Counted from the first letter of the stretch, positions 44,398 to 54,309 are shown. The stretch is DNA of 64,000 nucleotides from Gammaproteobacteria bacterium (GCA_016705365.1 JADIYI010000008.1:1349572-1413571); one strand, 5' to 3'. Numbers and translations: made by a program. The notes: a model not told the origin generated them from the sequence alone.

Positions 44398-45447
44398 ATG
44401 GATTTCAGCTTTTCCGAAGACCAGCAACTGTTTCAGCAGAGCGCGCGCGATTTCCTGCGTACCGAGATCACGCCCGAGCGTATCCGTGAATCGTGGGACA
44501 ACGCCAGCGGGCGTTCGGACGCGTTGTGGTCGCAACTCGGTGCGCTTGGGCTCAACGGGATCCTGGTGCCCGAGGCGCACGACGGTCTCGGCATGAACGA
44601 GGTGGATTTCGTGCTGCTGGCCGAGGAGTGCGGCTACGTGGCATTGGCCGAACCGCTGGTGGAAACGGTACTGGTCGGCGTGCCGCTGCTGCGTGATTGC
44701 GGGAATGCCTCGCTGGCAGCGCAGTGGCTACCGCGCATTGCGGCGGGCGAGGCGCGCATCGCGATCGGCCTCGCTTGCAATCCGCTGGTGGCCGATGCCC
44801 ACGTCGCCAACCTGTTGCTGCTGCAACATGGCGAGGAATTGCACGCGGTGCCACCGGAGGCGGTGCAGCTCACGGCCAACCCGAGCCTGGATCCCTCGCG
44901 CAGGTTGTTCCGCGTTGATTGGCAGCCTGTGGCCGCCACGCTCGTAGTCGCCGGCGCGACGGGGCGGGCCTTGCTCGATGCGGCCCTGAACCGCGCGGCG
45001 CTCGGTGCGGCGGCGCAATGCCTCGGGCTCACGCAACGCCTGGTCGACCTGTCGGTCGCCTACACGCGGGACCGCCAGCAGTTCGGCCAGCCAATAGGCT
45101 CCTTCCAGGCGGTGCAGCACCTGCTGGCCAATGTCGCGGTGAAACTCGATTATGCAAGAGCACCGGTCCATCGGGCCGCTTACGATATCGCGCACGGCTC
45201 GGCTCGCGCGGCGGTGTCGGTTTCGCACGCCAAGCTCGTGGCCTGCGAGGCGGCGCTGCTGGCGGCGCGCAACAGCATCCAGGTGCACGGGGCGATGGGC
45301 TACACCTGGGAAGTAGATGTGCATATCTTCGCCAAGCGCGCGTGGTCGCTCGACAGCGCCTGGGGCGATCGCGCGTTTCACAAGCAGCGGGTGGCGGATT
45401 TCGTGCTCTGCGACGGGGCGCGGATCGGCGCGGCGGAAACTTTCTGA
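44398..45447 (+). CDS. acyl-CoA dehydrogenase family protein (short, partner-subunit-like)
   Basis: MDFSFSEDQQLFQQSARDFL...; ACAD C-terminal domain (FGQPIGSFQAVQH). Confidence 0.85.
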   Translation: MDFSFSEDQQLFQQSARDFLRTEITPERIRESWDNASGRSDALWSQLGALGLNGILVPEAHDGLGMNEVDFVLLAEECGYVALAEPLVETVLVGVPLLRDCGNASLAAQWLPRIAAGEARIAIGLACNPLVADAHVANLLLLQHGEELHAVPPEAVQLTANPSLDPSRRLFRVDWQPVAATLVVAGATGRALLDAALNRAALGAAAQCLGLTQRLVDLSVAYTRDRQQFGQPIGSFQAVQHLLANVAVKLDYARAPVHRAAYDIAHGSARAAVSVSHAKLVACEAALLAARNSIQVHGAMGYTWEVDVHIFAKRAWSLDSAWGDRAFHKQRVADFVLCDGARIGAAETF

Positions 45448-45491
45448 CAATCCGGACGATTCCGGAATCATGAACAACAGAGGATCGAACA

Positions 45492-46643
45492 ATGGCCGAA
45501 GCCTATATCGTTGATGCCCTGCGTACGCCGACCGGAAGACGCAAGGGATCGCTGGCGCATGTGCACGGTGCCGATCTCGGTGCGCACGTGCTGAAGGCGC
45601 TGGTCGCGCGCAACCCGATACCCGATCATGAATACGAGGACGTGGTGTTCGGCTGTCTCGATAACATCGGTCCGCTCGCGGGTTGCATCGCGCGTACCTG
45701 CTGGGTCGCGGCCGGACTGGCGCAGAACGTGCCGGGCGTGACCATCGACCGCCAGTGCGGCTCCTCGCAGCAGGCGGTGCATTTCGCGGCGCAGGCAGTG
45801 ATGAGCGGCGTGCATGATGTGATCGTTGCCGGCGGCGTGCAGACCATGACCCAGATCCCGATCAGCGCAGCCATGACGGCTGCCGCACCGCTCGGCTTCA
45901 GCGATCCGTTCTCCGGCTCCAAGGGCTGGGTGGAGCGCTATGGCAATGTGGAGGTCTCGCAATTCAATTCCGCGGAAATGATTGCCGGCAAGTGGAATCT
46001 CTCGCGCCGCGAGATGGAGGAGTTCGCACTCGAAAGCCATCGGCGCGCCATCGAGGCCATCGACGCGGGACGTTTCGATCGCGAGATCGTGCCCTGCGAA
46101 GGCCTGCTGATGGACGAGACCGCGCGCCGTGATACCAGCCTCGAGCGCATGGCCACGCTGCAGCCGTTGATTCCCGACGGGCGGATCACGGCGGCGGTCT
46201 CGAGCCAGACCTGCGATGCGGCGTCGGCGATGCTGATCGTCTCGGAAGCGGCACTGAAGCGCTACAACCTCAAGCCGCGCGCACGTATCCACCATATGAG
46301 CATCTGGGCCGACGACCCGGTATGGATGCTGACCGCGCCGATCCCGGCCACCCAGCGCGCGCTGAAGAAGACCGGCATGAAGCTCGCTGACATCGACCTG
46401 GTCGAGATCAACGAGGCCTTCGCGCCGGTGCCGATGGCCTGGCTGAAGGACATCGGCTATCCGCATGAGCGCACCAATGTGAATGGCGGCGCGATCGCGC
46501 TCGGACATCCACTCGGCGCGACCGGCACCAAGCTGATGACCACGCTGCTGCACGAACTCGAACGCCGCGGCGGGCGTTATGGCCTGCAGACCATGTGCGA
46601 GGGCGGCGGCCAGGCGAATGTCACGATTATCGAGCGATTGTGA
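45492..46643 (+). CDS. acetyl-CoA C-acyltransferase (thiolase; FadA6-like)
   Basis: AYIVDALRTPTGRRKG, DRQCGSSQQA, NGGAIALGHPLGATG, CEGGGQA. Confidence 0.92.
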   Translation: MAEAYIVDALRTPTGRRKGSLAHVHGADLGAHVLKALVARNPIPDHEYEDVVFGCLDNIGPLAGCIARTCWVAAGLAQNVPGVTIDRQCGSSQQAVHFAAQAVMSGVHDVIVAGGVQTMTQIPISAAMTAAAPLGFSDPFSGSKGWVERYGNVEVSQFNSAEMIAGKWNLSRREMEEFALESHRRAIEAIDAGRFDREIVPCEGLLMDETARRDTSLERMATLQPLIPDGRITAAVSSQTCDAASAMLIVSEAALKRYNLKPRARIHHMSIWADDPVWMLTAPIPATQRALKKTGMKLADIDLVEINEAFAPVPMAWLKDIGYPHERTNVNGGAIALGHPLGATGTKLMTTLLHELERRGGRYGLQTMCEGGGQANVTIIERL

Positions 46644-46821
46644 GTGAGGCGAGGCCGCCGCCCGGCACCACACCTGCGGGACACGCCGTAAACACATCCC
46701 TGTGGGCTCCGGCGTCGCCATCCAGGCGACGCAGGGTCCCGCTAGCGTGGTGCCGGGCAGCGGCCTCGCGACCAGGTTGGTGGGAGCGACGGATATTGGA
46801 TAGTTGTCGTGCCAGCGACGC

Positions 46822-47112
46822 AGGGCAGCGCTCGGGGCGGGCTCGCGCTTGAGCGCGCTTTGTTCGGAAAATCGTCGGGAACGATTTTGCGAACAACGGT
46901 AGCCGCCGCACAGGGATGTGCCAGGCGGCGGTAGCGGGAGCGCGAGCCCGCCCCGGGCGCTGCCCGGAATACCTGGCAAGGTGTTGGCATGGCGAAAGCG
47001 CGAGCCCGCCCCGGGCGCTGCCCGGAATTCATGGCAATGACTTGGAATTGCCAGAGCGAGAGCCTCGCCCCGGGAGGAGCCCGGAATACGTGGTAATGCG
47101 GAGACGAGCGGA
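46822..47112. repeat. intergenic repeat cluster: one inverted copy plus three tandem (~58-bp period) copies of a GC-rich core
   Basis: Core gcgcgagcccgccccgggcgctgcccggaat at 46939 and 46997, degenerate at ~47055, reverse-complemented at 46822-46857. More nested inverted repeats lie between 46648 and 46920. Confidence 0.7.
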
Positions 47113-47146
47113 AATTTGAAGTTGCAGCGAAACAGGAGCGAAGCAA

Positions 47147-48028
47147 ATGGCGGGACTATGTGACGGACGGGTGGTGATCATTACCGGGGCCGGTGGCGGG
47201 CTGGGGCGCGAGTATGCGCTTGCCTTTGCGGCAGAGGGTGCGCGGGTCGTGGTCAACGACATCAATGCGCAGGCCGCGCAACGCACCGTGGCGGAAATCG
47301 AGGCGCGCGGCGCGCGCGCGATTGCCAACACCGGGGATATCACCAGCTACGCGGATGCGGGCACAATCGTGAAGGCCGCGCTCGATGCCTTTGGCGATCT
47401 GCACGTGGTGGTGAACAACGCCGGCATCTGCCGTGACCGCATGTTCGTGAGCCTCAGCGAGCAGGACTGGGACGAGGTGATCCGGGTGCATCTGAAAGGG
47501 CATTTCTGCATCAGCAGTCATGCCTGCAACCATTGGCGCGCGCAGGCCAAGGAAGGACACAAGGTCAGCGGCCGGATCATCAATACCAGTTCCGGTGCGG
47601 GTTTGCAGGGCGCGGTCGGGCAGGCGAACTATTCCGCCGCAAAGGGTGGTATCGCCTCGCTCACGCTGGTACAGGCCGCGGAGCTGCGACGCTACAACGT
47701 CACCGCAAACGCACTGGCGCCGTCGGCGCGCACCGGTATGACCGAAAACGTATTCGCGGACATGATGAAAAAACCCGAGGATGGCAGCTTCGATCAATAC
47801 GACCCGGCCAACGTGGCGCCGCTGGTGGTGTGGCTCGGCAGCGAGGCATCGGGGCAGGTAACGGGTCGTGTGTTCGAGATCGAGGGCGGGCGCATTGCGA
47901 TTGGCGATGGCTGGCGCAGCACGGCGGGCATCGATGCCGGGCGACGCTGGGAACCCGCGGAAGTCGGCTCGGCCATGGAGAAGCTGCTGGCCGACGAAGT
48001 GCCGGCGCAGAAGGTATTCGGTACCTGA
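47147..48028 (+). CDS. SDR-family oxidoreductase (hydroxyacyl-CoA dehydrogenase-like)
   Basis: VVIITGAGGGLGREYAL, NNAGI, YSAAKGG catalytic motif. Confidence 0.88.
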   Translation: MAGLCDGRVVIITGAGGGLGREYALAFAAEGARVVVNDINAQAAQRTVAEIEARGARAIANTGDITSYADAGTIVKAALDAFGDLHVVVNNAGICRDRMFVSLSEQDWDEVIRVHLKGHFCISSHACNHWRAQAKEGHKVSGRIINTSSGAGLQGAVGQANYSAAKGGIASLTLVQAAELRRYNVTANALAPSARTGMTENVFADMMKKPEDGSFDQYDPANVAPLVVWLGSEASGQVTGRVFEIEGGRIAIGDGWRSTAGIDAGRRWEPAEVGSAMEKLLADEVPAQKVFGT

Positions 48029-48091
48029 GCAGCGCATTCGGAGCAGGCGGGCCGCTTTGCCCGGGTGGCGAGCGAGAGACAGGAACAATCG

Positions 48092-49249
48092 ATGGAATTC
48101 GCATTTACCGAAGAGCAGCAGATGATCCGCGAGACCGCGGCGCAGTTTCTTGCCGACAACAGCGCATCCGCGGCTGTGCGCGCGGCGATGGCCGGCGAAA
48201 CCGGCTTCGACGCGACGCTGTGGCAGCGTATCTGTGGCGAGATGTGCTGGAGCGCGATCCACATTCCCGAGGCCTTTGGCGGTCTCGGGCTCGGCTATGT
48301 GGAACTCGCCGCAGTGCTCGAGGAGATGGGCAAGCACCTGTTGTGCGCGCCGTTTTTCTCATCGGTCTGTCTCGGCGCCAATGCGCTGCTGGTTGCGGGA
48401 AGCGAGCAGCAGAAAGCTGAATTCCTGCCGCGCATCGCGGATGGATCGCTGCGCGCCACGCTGGCGTGGTGTGACGCCTCGGGTCGCTGGGATGGCAATG
48501 GCATCAGTGCGCAGTGCACGCGCCGGAACGAGCAATTCCTGCTGAACGGAAGCTACCGTTTCGTGGTCGATGGCCACAGCGCGGACCTGCTGATCGTCGC
48601 GGCACGCGCACCGGGAAGCGTTGGCAACGAAGGCCTCAGCCTGTTCGCGGTGGCAGCCGATACGCCCGGCATCAGGCGCAGCTGGCTGCCGGGCATGGAC
48701 CAGACGCGCAAGCTGGCGCAGATCGAATTCGATGATGTCCTGATCGATGCCGTGGCGCTGCTCGGCGAAGAGGGTGTGGCGTGGCAGGCACTCGAGCGGA
48801 CGCTGCAACTCGCGACCATCGCGCTCGCCGCCGAGCAGGCCGGCGGCGCGCAGCGGATTCTCGACATGACGGTTGCCTACACCAGGGAACGACAGCAGTT
48901 CGGCCGCGCCATCGCGAGTTTCCAGGCGATCAAGCACAAGGCCGCCGACATGATGCTGAAGGCCGAATCCTCTCGCTCGGCGGTGTACTACGCCGCCTGC
49001 GTTGCCCAGGAGGCGTTCGCGGGCGGCCCGCTCGGCAGCGAGCTCGCGAGCGCCGCGAGCCTCGCCAAGGCCTGGTGCAGCGAGGCGTATTTCCACAACG
49101 CGGGCACCGCGCTGCAACTGTACGGTGGCGTGGGTTTCACCTGGGAATACGATGTGCATCTGTACTTCAAGCGGGCCCGCGCCAGCGAGAGTTTTCTCGG
49201 CGATGCGAGCGCGCATCGCGAACGCATTGCGCTGGGGTTGGACTTATGA
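48092..49249 (+). CDS. acyl-CoA dehydrogenase
   Basis: MEFAFTEEQQMIRE...; RQQFGRAIASFQAIKH. Confidence 0.88.
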   Translation: MEFAFTEEQQMIRETAAQFLADNSASAAVRAAMAGETGFDATLWQRICGEMCWSAIHIPEAFGGLGLGYVELAAVLEEMGKHLLCAPFFSSVCLGANALLVAGSEQQKAEFLPRIADGSLRATLAWCDASGRWDGNGISAQCTRRNEQFLLNGSYRFVVDGHSADLLIVAARAPGSVGNEGLSLFAVAADTPGIRRSWLPGMDQTRKLAQIEFDDVLIDAVALLGEEGVAWQALERTLQLATIALAAEQAGGAQRILDMTVAYTRERQQFGRAIASFQAIKHKAADMMLKAESSRSAVYYAACVAQEAFAGGPLGSELASAASLAKAWCSEAYFHNAGTALQLYGGVGFTWEYDVHLYFKRARASESFLGDASAHRERIALGLDL

Positions 49250-50439
49250 ATCTCGGGTTCAGCGAACAGGACGAGCGTTTTCGCGCGCAAGTGGCCGCGT
49301 GGCTGCGCGAGAATTTGTGCGGGGAGTTCGAGAAGATCCGCTTTCGCGGCGGCCCCGGCGACGAACACATGTACTCGGCCGAGCGCAAGGTCTGGGAGCA
49401 GCGCATGGCAGCGGGCGGCTGGACCTGTATCGGCTGGCCGCGGGCATACGGCGGTCGTGACGCGAGCATCGAGCAGCAGGTGATTTTCCACGAGGAGTAC
49501 GCACGGGCCGGCGGACCGGGCCGGGTCGGTCATATCGGTGAAGGCCTGGCCGGCCCCACCATCATCGCCTACGGCAGCGAGGAGCAGAAACAACGCCTGT
49601 TGCCGGGAATACGTGCCGGCACCGAGTTGTGGTGCCAGGGCTATTCCGAACCCGGTGCGGGTTCCGACCTGGCGAATGTCAAAACCCGCGCGCGTCGCGA
49701 CGAGGCCAGCGGCAGCTGGCTGATCAACGGCCAGAAGGTCTGGACATCGCTGGCGCACGAATCCGACTGGTGCTTCGTGATCGCGCGCACCGATCCGCAA
49801 TCGGTCGGTCATGCGGGTCTGGGTTTTTTCCTGGTGCGCATGGCCCAGCCCGGAGTCACGGTACGCCCGATCGAGCAACTGACGGGCACCTCGGAGTTCA
49901 ACGAGGTGTTCTTTGACGATGCCATCTGTGAGGCAAACGACATGCTCGGCCAGCCCGGTGAGGGCTGGAAAATCGCCATGGCGCTGCTCGGTTTCGAGCG
50001 TGGTACCTCGACCCTGGGCCAGCAGATGCTGTTCCAGAACGAACTCGACGAAGTGGTGCGTATCGCGCGCGAGAACGGTCGCGGCAAGGATCCGGTGCTG
50101 CGTCAGCGCATTGCGGATGCCTGGATCGGCTTGCGCATCATGCGCTACAACGCGATGCGCATGCTGTCGGGCACGGCCGACGGTTCACTTTCGCGCGAAG
50201 CGATGATCTACAAGCTGTACTGGGCAGTGTGGCACCGCAACCTCGGCAAGCTGGCGATGGATGTGCTCGGCCCGGAAGCCGAGATTCTCGAAGCGGCGCC
50301 CTACGGCCTGAGCCGGCTCCAGTCGCTGTTCCTGTTCACGCGCTCGGATACCATTTACGGCGGCACCAACCAGATCCAGCGCAACATCATCGCCGAGCGG
50401 GCGCTCGGCATGCCCAAGGAGCCGCGCGTGCGCGGTTGA
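49246..50439 (+). CDS. acyl-CoA dehydrogenase
   Basis: MNLGFSEQDERFR...; WCQGYSEPGAGSD; YGGTNQIQRNIIAERALG; ATGA overlap with the upstream ACAD gene. Confidence 0.88.
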   Translation: MNLGFSEQDERFRAQVAAWLRENLCGEFEKIRFRGGPGDEHMYSAERKVWEQRMAAGGWTCIGWPRAYGGRDASIEQQVIFHEEYARAGGPGRVGHIGEGLAGPTIIAYGSEEQKQRLLPGIRAGTELWCQGYSEPGAGSDLANVKTRARRDEASGSWLINGQKVWTSLAHESDWCFVIARTDPQSVGHAGLGFFLVRMAQPGVTVRPIEQLTGTSEFNEVFFDDAICEANDMLGQPGEGWKIAMALLGFERGTSTLGQQMLFQNELDEVVRIARENGRGKDPVLRQRIADAWIGLRIMRYNAMRMLSGTADGSLSREAMIYKLYWAVWHRNLGKLAMDVLGPEAEILEAAPYGLSRLQSLFLFTRSDTIYGGTNQIQRNIIAERALGMPKEPRVRG

Positions 50440-50474
50440 TGCGCCGGTACCAGACTCAATACGGGGAACGATCG

Positions 50475-51260
50475 ATGTCACTGTCACCACGTTATGTAGA
50501 AGGCCACGAGCTGCTGGCCGGAAAATCGGTGCTGATCACGGCCGCGGCCGGCGCCGGAATCGGCTTTGCCGCCGCGAGAAAATGCGTGGAGGAGGGCTGC
50601 CGCGCGATATTCGTCAGCGATATCCACGAGGGGCGCACCGCGCAGGCGGTCGAGGCGCTGAAGGCGCTCGGTGGCACGCAGTTGGTGTTCGGCAGGGTTG
50701 CGAACGTGACCGTCGAGGAGCAGGTGCAGGCGCTCATCGACGAAGCCGAGACAAGGCTCGGCGGCGTCGACGTGCTGATCAACAACGCCGGTCTCGGTGG
50801 CACGAAGCCGCTGGTCGACATGAGTGACGAGGAGTGGTTCCGGGTGCTCGACATCACCCTGAACGGCACCATGCGCATGATGCGCGCGATGCTGCGCATC
50901 ATGCAGCCGCGCCAGGCGGGCGTGATCGTCAACAACGCCTCGGTGCTGGGCTGGCGCGCGCAGCCCGATCAATGTCATTACGCCGCGGCCAAGGCTGGTG
51001 TGATGGCGCTGACCCGCTGCGCGGCGATGGAAGCCGCGCCGTTCGGTATCCGCATCAACGCGGTGTCACCCTCGCTCGCGATGCACGATTTCCTGAAGAA
51101 GACCACGCCGGTCGAACTGCTGCGGGCACTCGAGGCAAAGGAGGCCTTCGGCCGCGGTGCGGAGGTGTGGGAGGTGGCGAACGTGATGGTGTTCCTCGCC
51201 AGCGACTACGCGAGCTACATGACCGGAGAGAACGTGCCGGTCAGCAGCCAGCACGCCTGA
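50475..51260 (+). CDS. SDR-family oxidoreductase (IpdF-like)
   Basis: KSVLITAAAGAGIGFA, NNAGLGG, YAAAKAG. Confidence 0.88.
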   Translation: MSLSPRYVEGHELLAGKSVLITAAAGAGIGFAAARKCVEEGCRAIFVSDIHEGRTAQAVEALKALGGTQLVFGRVANVTVEEQVQALIDEAETRLGGVDVLINNAGLGGTKPLVDMSDEEWFRVLDITLNGTMRMMRAMLRIMQPRQAGVIVNNASVLGWRAQPDQCHYAAAKAGVMALTRCAAMEAAPFGIRINAVSPSLAMHDFLKKTTPVELLRALEAKEAFGRGAEVWEVANVMVFLASDYASYMTGENVPVSSQHA

Positions 51261-51391
51261 TCGCGCATACTCGGCGCGGCGCGCCGGGTGTCACATTTGG
51301 TCATGCGCAATCGGAGTCTGCGGACAATCGCTTTGGCTGCGCGAAAAGTATACTGGCACGGATTCAATAACACGGCTGCGAGGATATTCCC

Positions 51392-53539
51392 ATGTCACGG
51401 ACTGCCTATTCCCATCTGCTTTCGCCCGGTCGCATCGGCACCCTCGAATTGCGCAATCGCATCGTCGTGGCCGCGATGGGCGCCAATTTCGGTGAACTGG
51501 ACGGCGCGAGCAGCGAACTCCTCGTCGCCTACCACGAGGAGCAGGCGCGTGGCGGCGTCGGGCTGATCGTCTCGGGCGCCTGCGGCGTGATGTACCCGGT
51601 GGGGAAGGTACAGCCGTGGCAGATCGCGATCTCCGAGGACCGCTTCATTCCGGGGCTGAAAAAAGTCGTCGATGCCGTGCATCGTCACGGGGCAAAGTTT
51701 GCGGTGCAGTTGCACATGGGCGGCCTGGTGGCGGGCGACGACACGCGCGAGGGACGCCCGCAATGGTGCCCGTCCGTGCCTGAACCCATGAAGGGCGATT
51801 TCATCGACGGCTTTCTGCTGGATGAGCTGAAGTCCTTCGCGGGCGCCGGGGTGCCGACCTACAAGGTGCTGGAGCACGAGGACATTCAGGTCGTGGTGAA
51901 AGCCTACGCCGCGGGTGCGCGGCGTGCAAAGCAGGCGGGTTGCGACGCCGTCGAGATCCACGGCGGGCACGGTTACCTGCTGTCGTCGTTCCTCTCGCCA
52001 AAAACCAACAAGCGCACTGACGAGTACGGCGGGAGCGTGGAAAACCGCTCGCGCTTCCTGCTCGAGGTAGTGCGTGCGGTGCGTGCCGAGGTCGGCGCCG
52101 ATTTTGCGGTGTGGGTCAAGCTCGATTCGCGCGAGGTGGGCAAGGAAGGCGGCATCACGCTGGAGCACGCAACGGCCACGGCACGGCTGGTGGAGGCGGC
52201 GGGTGCGGATGGGATCGCGGTCAGTGCCTACCACGATACCGGCCAGGGCAAGCTGCATTCGGGCTCGAATATTCCGCATGAGCCGAATACCAATCTCCCG
52301 GCGGCCGCCGCGATCAAGGCGGCAGTCTCGATATCGGTCATCGCTGCGGGCCGGGTGGAGCCCGAGCACGCCGATGCCGAGATCCGGGCCGGCAAATTCG
52401 ATTTTCTGGCCATGGGCCGCAAGCTGCTGGCCGACCCGCAGCTGCCGAACAAGCTCGCGGCGGGCAAGGTGGACGAGGTCCGCCCTTGTATCTATTGCTA
52501 TACCTGCGTCAGCGCGATCTACACCCGCGAACGCATGCGCTGTGCGGTGAATACCGAGCTCGGTATCGAATACCTGCGCGTGAATGCGCCCCGGCCCTCG
52601 GTGCGCAAACGCGTCGTGGTGGTCGGCGGCGGGCCTGGCGGCATGGAAGCGGCGCGACGCCTGGCGCGTGACGGACACGAGGTCGTGCTGCTCGAGAAGA
52701 GCGAGCGGCTCGGCGGCACGCTGCGTTTTGCCGCGCTGGCCTATGCCGCGAACGAACGCCTGCTCGACTGGCTGCGCCTGCAGATCGAGACCTCGGATGT
52801 CGACCTGCGGCTCAATACGCTGGCGACCCCCGAGTTGCTGAAATCGCTGCATCCGGACGAGGTGGTGGTGGCGACCGGCGCGCGGCGCAACATGCCGCCG
52901 ATTCCCGGCAGCGAACTCCCGCACGTGTTCAGTGGCGACGATATGCGCGGGATGATGCTCGGCGACAGTTCACCGGCCCTGCAGCAGAAGACGTCGCTGC
53001 TCACGCGTATAGCGACCAAGGCGGGTGCGGCAACAGGGCTCACCGCGAATCTCGATTTCGTGCGCAAGGCCACGCACGCCTGGATGCCGCTCGGCAAAAG
53101 CGTCGCGATCATCGGCGGCGAACTGGTGGGGCTGGAACTCGCGGAATTCCTGGTCGAGCGCGGGCGCAGCGTCACGATCATCGACGAGGCGCCGCGCTTC
53201 GGCGCCGGCATGACGCTGGTGCGGCGTCTGCGGCTGCTCGCCGAGTTGCGCGAACACGGGCTCGGCCTGTATCCCGGTTCGAAGGACATCCGCATCGCGA
53301 CCGGGAAGGTCGCGTTTGTCGACAGCGCGGGCACTGCGCACAGCGTTGCCGCCGAGCACGTCATCGTGGCCAAGGGTGCGACCGGCGATTCCACGCAGGC
53401 CGACGCCTTCCGCGCCGCGGGTCTGCGTGTTCACGAGGTCGGCGACGGCAGCGGTGTAGGCTATATCGAGGGCGCGATGCGCGGTGCGCTGCGCGCGGTG
53501 GATGCAATCAATGCGGGGGAAGCGGTTACGGGACCCTGA
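51392..53539 (+). CDS. NADH:flavin oxidoreductase of the 2,4-dienoyl-CoA reductase family (OYE domain, 4Fe-4S, FAD/NAD domain)
   Basis: LLSPGRIGTLELRNRIVVAAMG, GCDAVEIHGGHGYLLSSFLSP, CIYCYTC, VVVVGGGPGGMEAA. Confidence 0.88.
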   Translation: MSRTAYSHLLSPGRIGTLELRNRIVVAAMGANFGELDGASSELLVAYHEEQARGGVGLIVSGACGVMYPVGKVQPWQIAISEDRFIPGLKKVVDAVHRHGAKFAVQLHMGGLVAGDDTREGRPQWCPSVPEPMKGDFIDGFLLDELKSFAGAGVPTYKVLEHEDIQVVVKAYAAGARRAKQAGCDAVEIHGGHGYLLSSFLSPKTNKRTDEYGGSVENRSRFLLEVVRAVRAEVGADFAVWVKLDSREVGKEGGITLEHATATARLVEAAGADGIAVSAYHDTGQGKLHSGSNIPHEPNTNLPAAAAIKAAVSISVIAAGRVEPEHADAEIRAGKFDFLAMGRKLLADPQLPNKLAAGKVDEVRPCIYCYTCVSAIYTRERMRCAVNTELGIEYLRVNAPRPSVRKRVVVVGGGPGGMEAARRLARDGHEVVLLEKSERLGGTLRFAALAYAANERLLDWLRLQIETSDVDLRLNTLATPELLKSLHPDEVVVATGARRNMPPIPGSELPHVFSGDDMRGMMLGDSSPALQQKTSLLTRIATKAGAATGLTANLDFVRKATHAWMPLGKSVAIIGGELVGLELAEFLVERGRSVTIIDEAPRFGAGMTLVRRLRLLAELREHGLGLYPGSKDIRIATGKVAFVDSAGTAHSVAAEHVIVAKGATGDSTQADAFRAAGLRVHEVGDGSGVGYIEGAMRGALRAVDAINAGEAVTGP

Positions 53540-53640
53540 GTCGTGTGGTGGTGGAAACGGCTTCTGTGGATACAGCACGTGCTTCGACGCCAAACGTATC
53601 GAAAAAGTACGCGTCGTCAGCACGATGGTCGTTGCGGCGC

Positions 53641-53712
53641 CTATATACCGGCAATTGCCTCATCCACATCCCGGTTGGCTTGGCCGCGGGGGATGACAGG
53701 CTTGGCTTTCAC
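53641..53712 (-). pseudogene. parE: ParE-family toxin gene remnant (23 codons then TAG)
   Basis: A GTG overlapping the parD stop (GTGA) encodes VKAKPVIPRGQANRDVDEAIAGI*, which matches ParE N-termini. No continuation is seen in any frame. Confidence 0.5.
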
Positions 53713-53960
53713 GCTTTGGGGCTGGACTTGGCGCTTTGGCGCATCCGGCTGCGCAGACCTTCAAAGTAGCTGGCAGCGGCTGGTGCGACAGATGCGGAAG
53801 ATGCACCCGCGAGCAGCAGACCACGCAGTTGCAGACGATCCTGATCCTTGCGGATCAGTTCGCGCACGTACTCGCTGCTGGTGCCGTAGCCACGCTGGCT
53901 GACCTGATCGTCAACGAAGGATTTCAGCGTTTCGGGCAGGGAAATATTCATGGTGCTCAT
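53709..53960 (-). CDS. parD: ParD-family (RHH) type II antitoxin
   Basis: MSTMNISLPETLKSFVDDQVSQRGYGTSSEYVRELIRKDQDR is a typical ParD antitoxin N-terminus. Confidence 0.8.
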   Translation of the reverse strand: MSTMNISLPETLKSFVDDQVSQRGYGTSSEYVRELIRKDQDRLQLRGLLLAGASSASVAPAAASYFEGLRSRMRQSAKSSPKA

Positions 53961-54309
53961 GCCTGCAAGATAGGCGGTTTGGCAAAAACTGACAATATGC
54001 ACTTCCCGCCCCATCTGCCGTTCGAAGGGAGGTGAGTATTCCCTGGTCGGCGGTGGCAGCGAGATCGCCCGGCGCGAAAAGCTACATCACTCGACGGTCA
54101 ACTCGATATGGCTGCTGGCGGTTTCCGCGTCTTAGACGACGGAGCCGTGGACTAAAACGCACGTGATGTCTCCGGCGAGCGGTGCGAGCGCTTAGTGGAT
54201 GAGTGCCACCATGGCGACGGTCTTGCGTACCAGCGCGCACAGTTCCTCGACGATTTGAGGTGCGCCGAGCAGGGGGCCATCCACGAAGCGTTTGACGCGG
54301 CGTGGGGTA

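Noticed and set aside
54190-54305. Short minus-strand reading frame ending ...VDGPLLGAPQIVEELCALVRKTVAMVALIH* just downstream of ORF467
   Set aside because: It spans only ~30-37 codons, has no convincing start or RBS, and I recognise no family. It may be a gene remnant, but the evidence is too thin to annotate.
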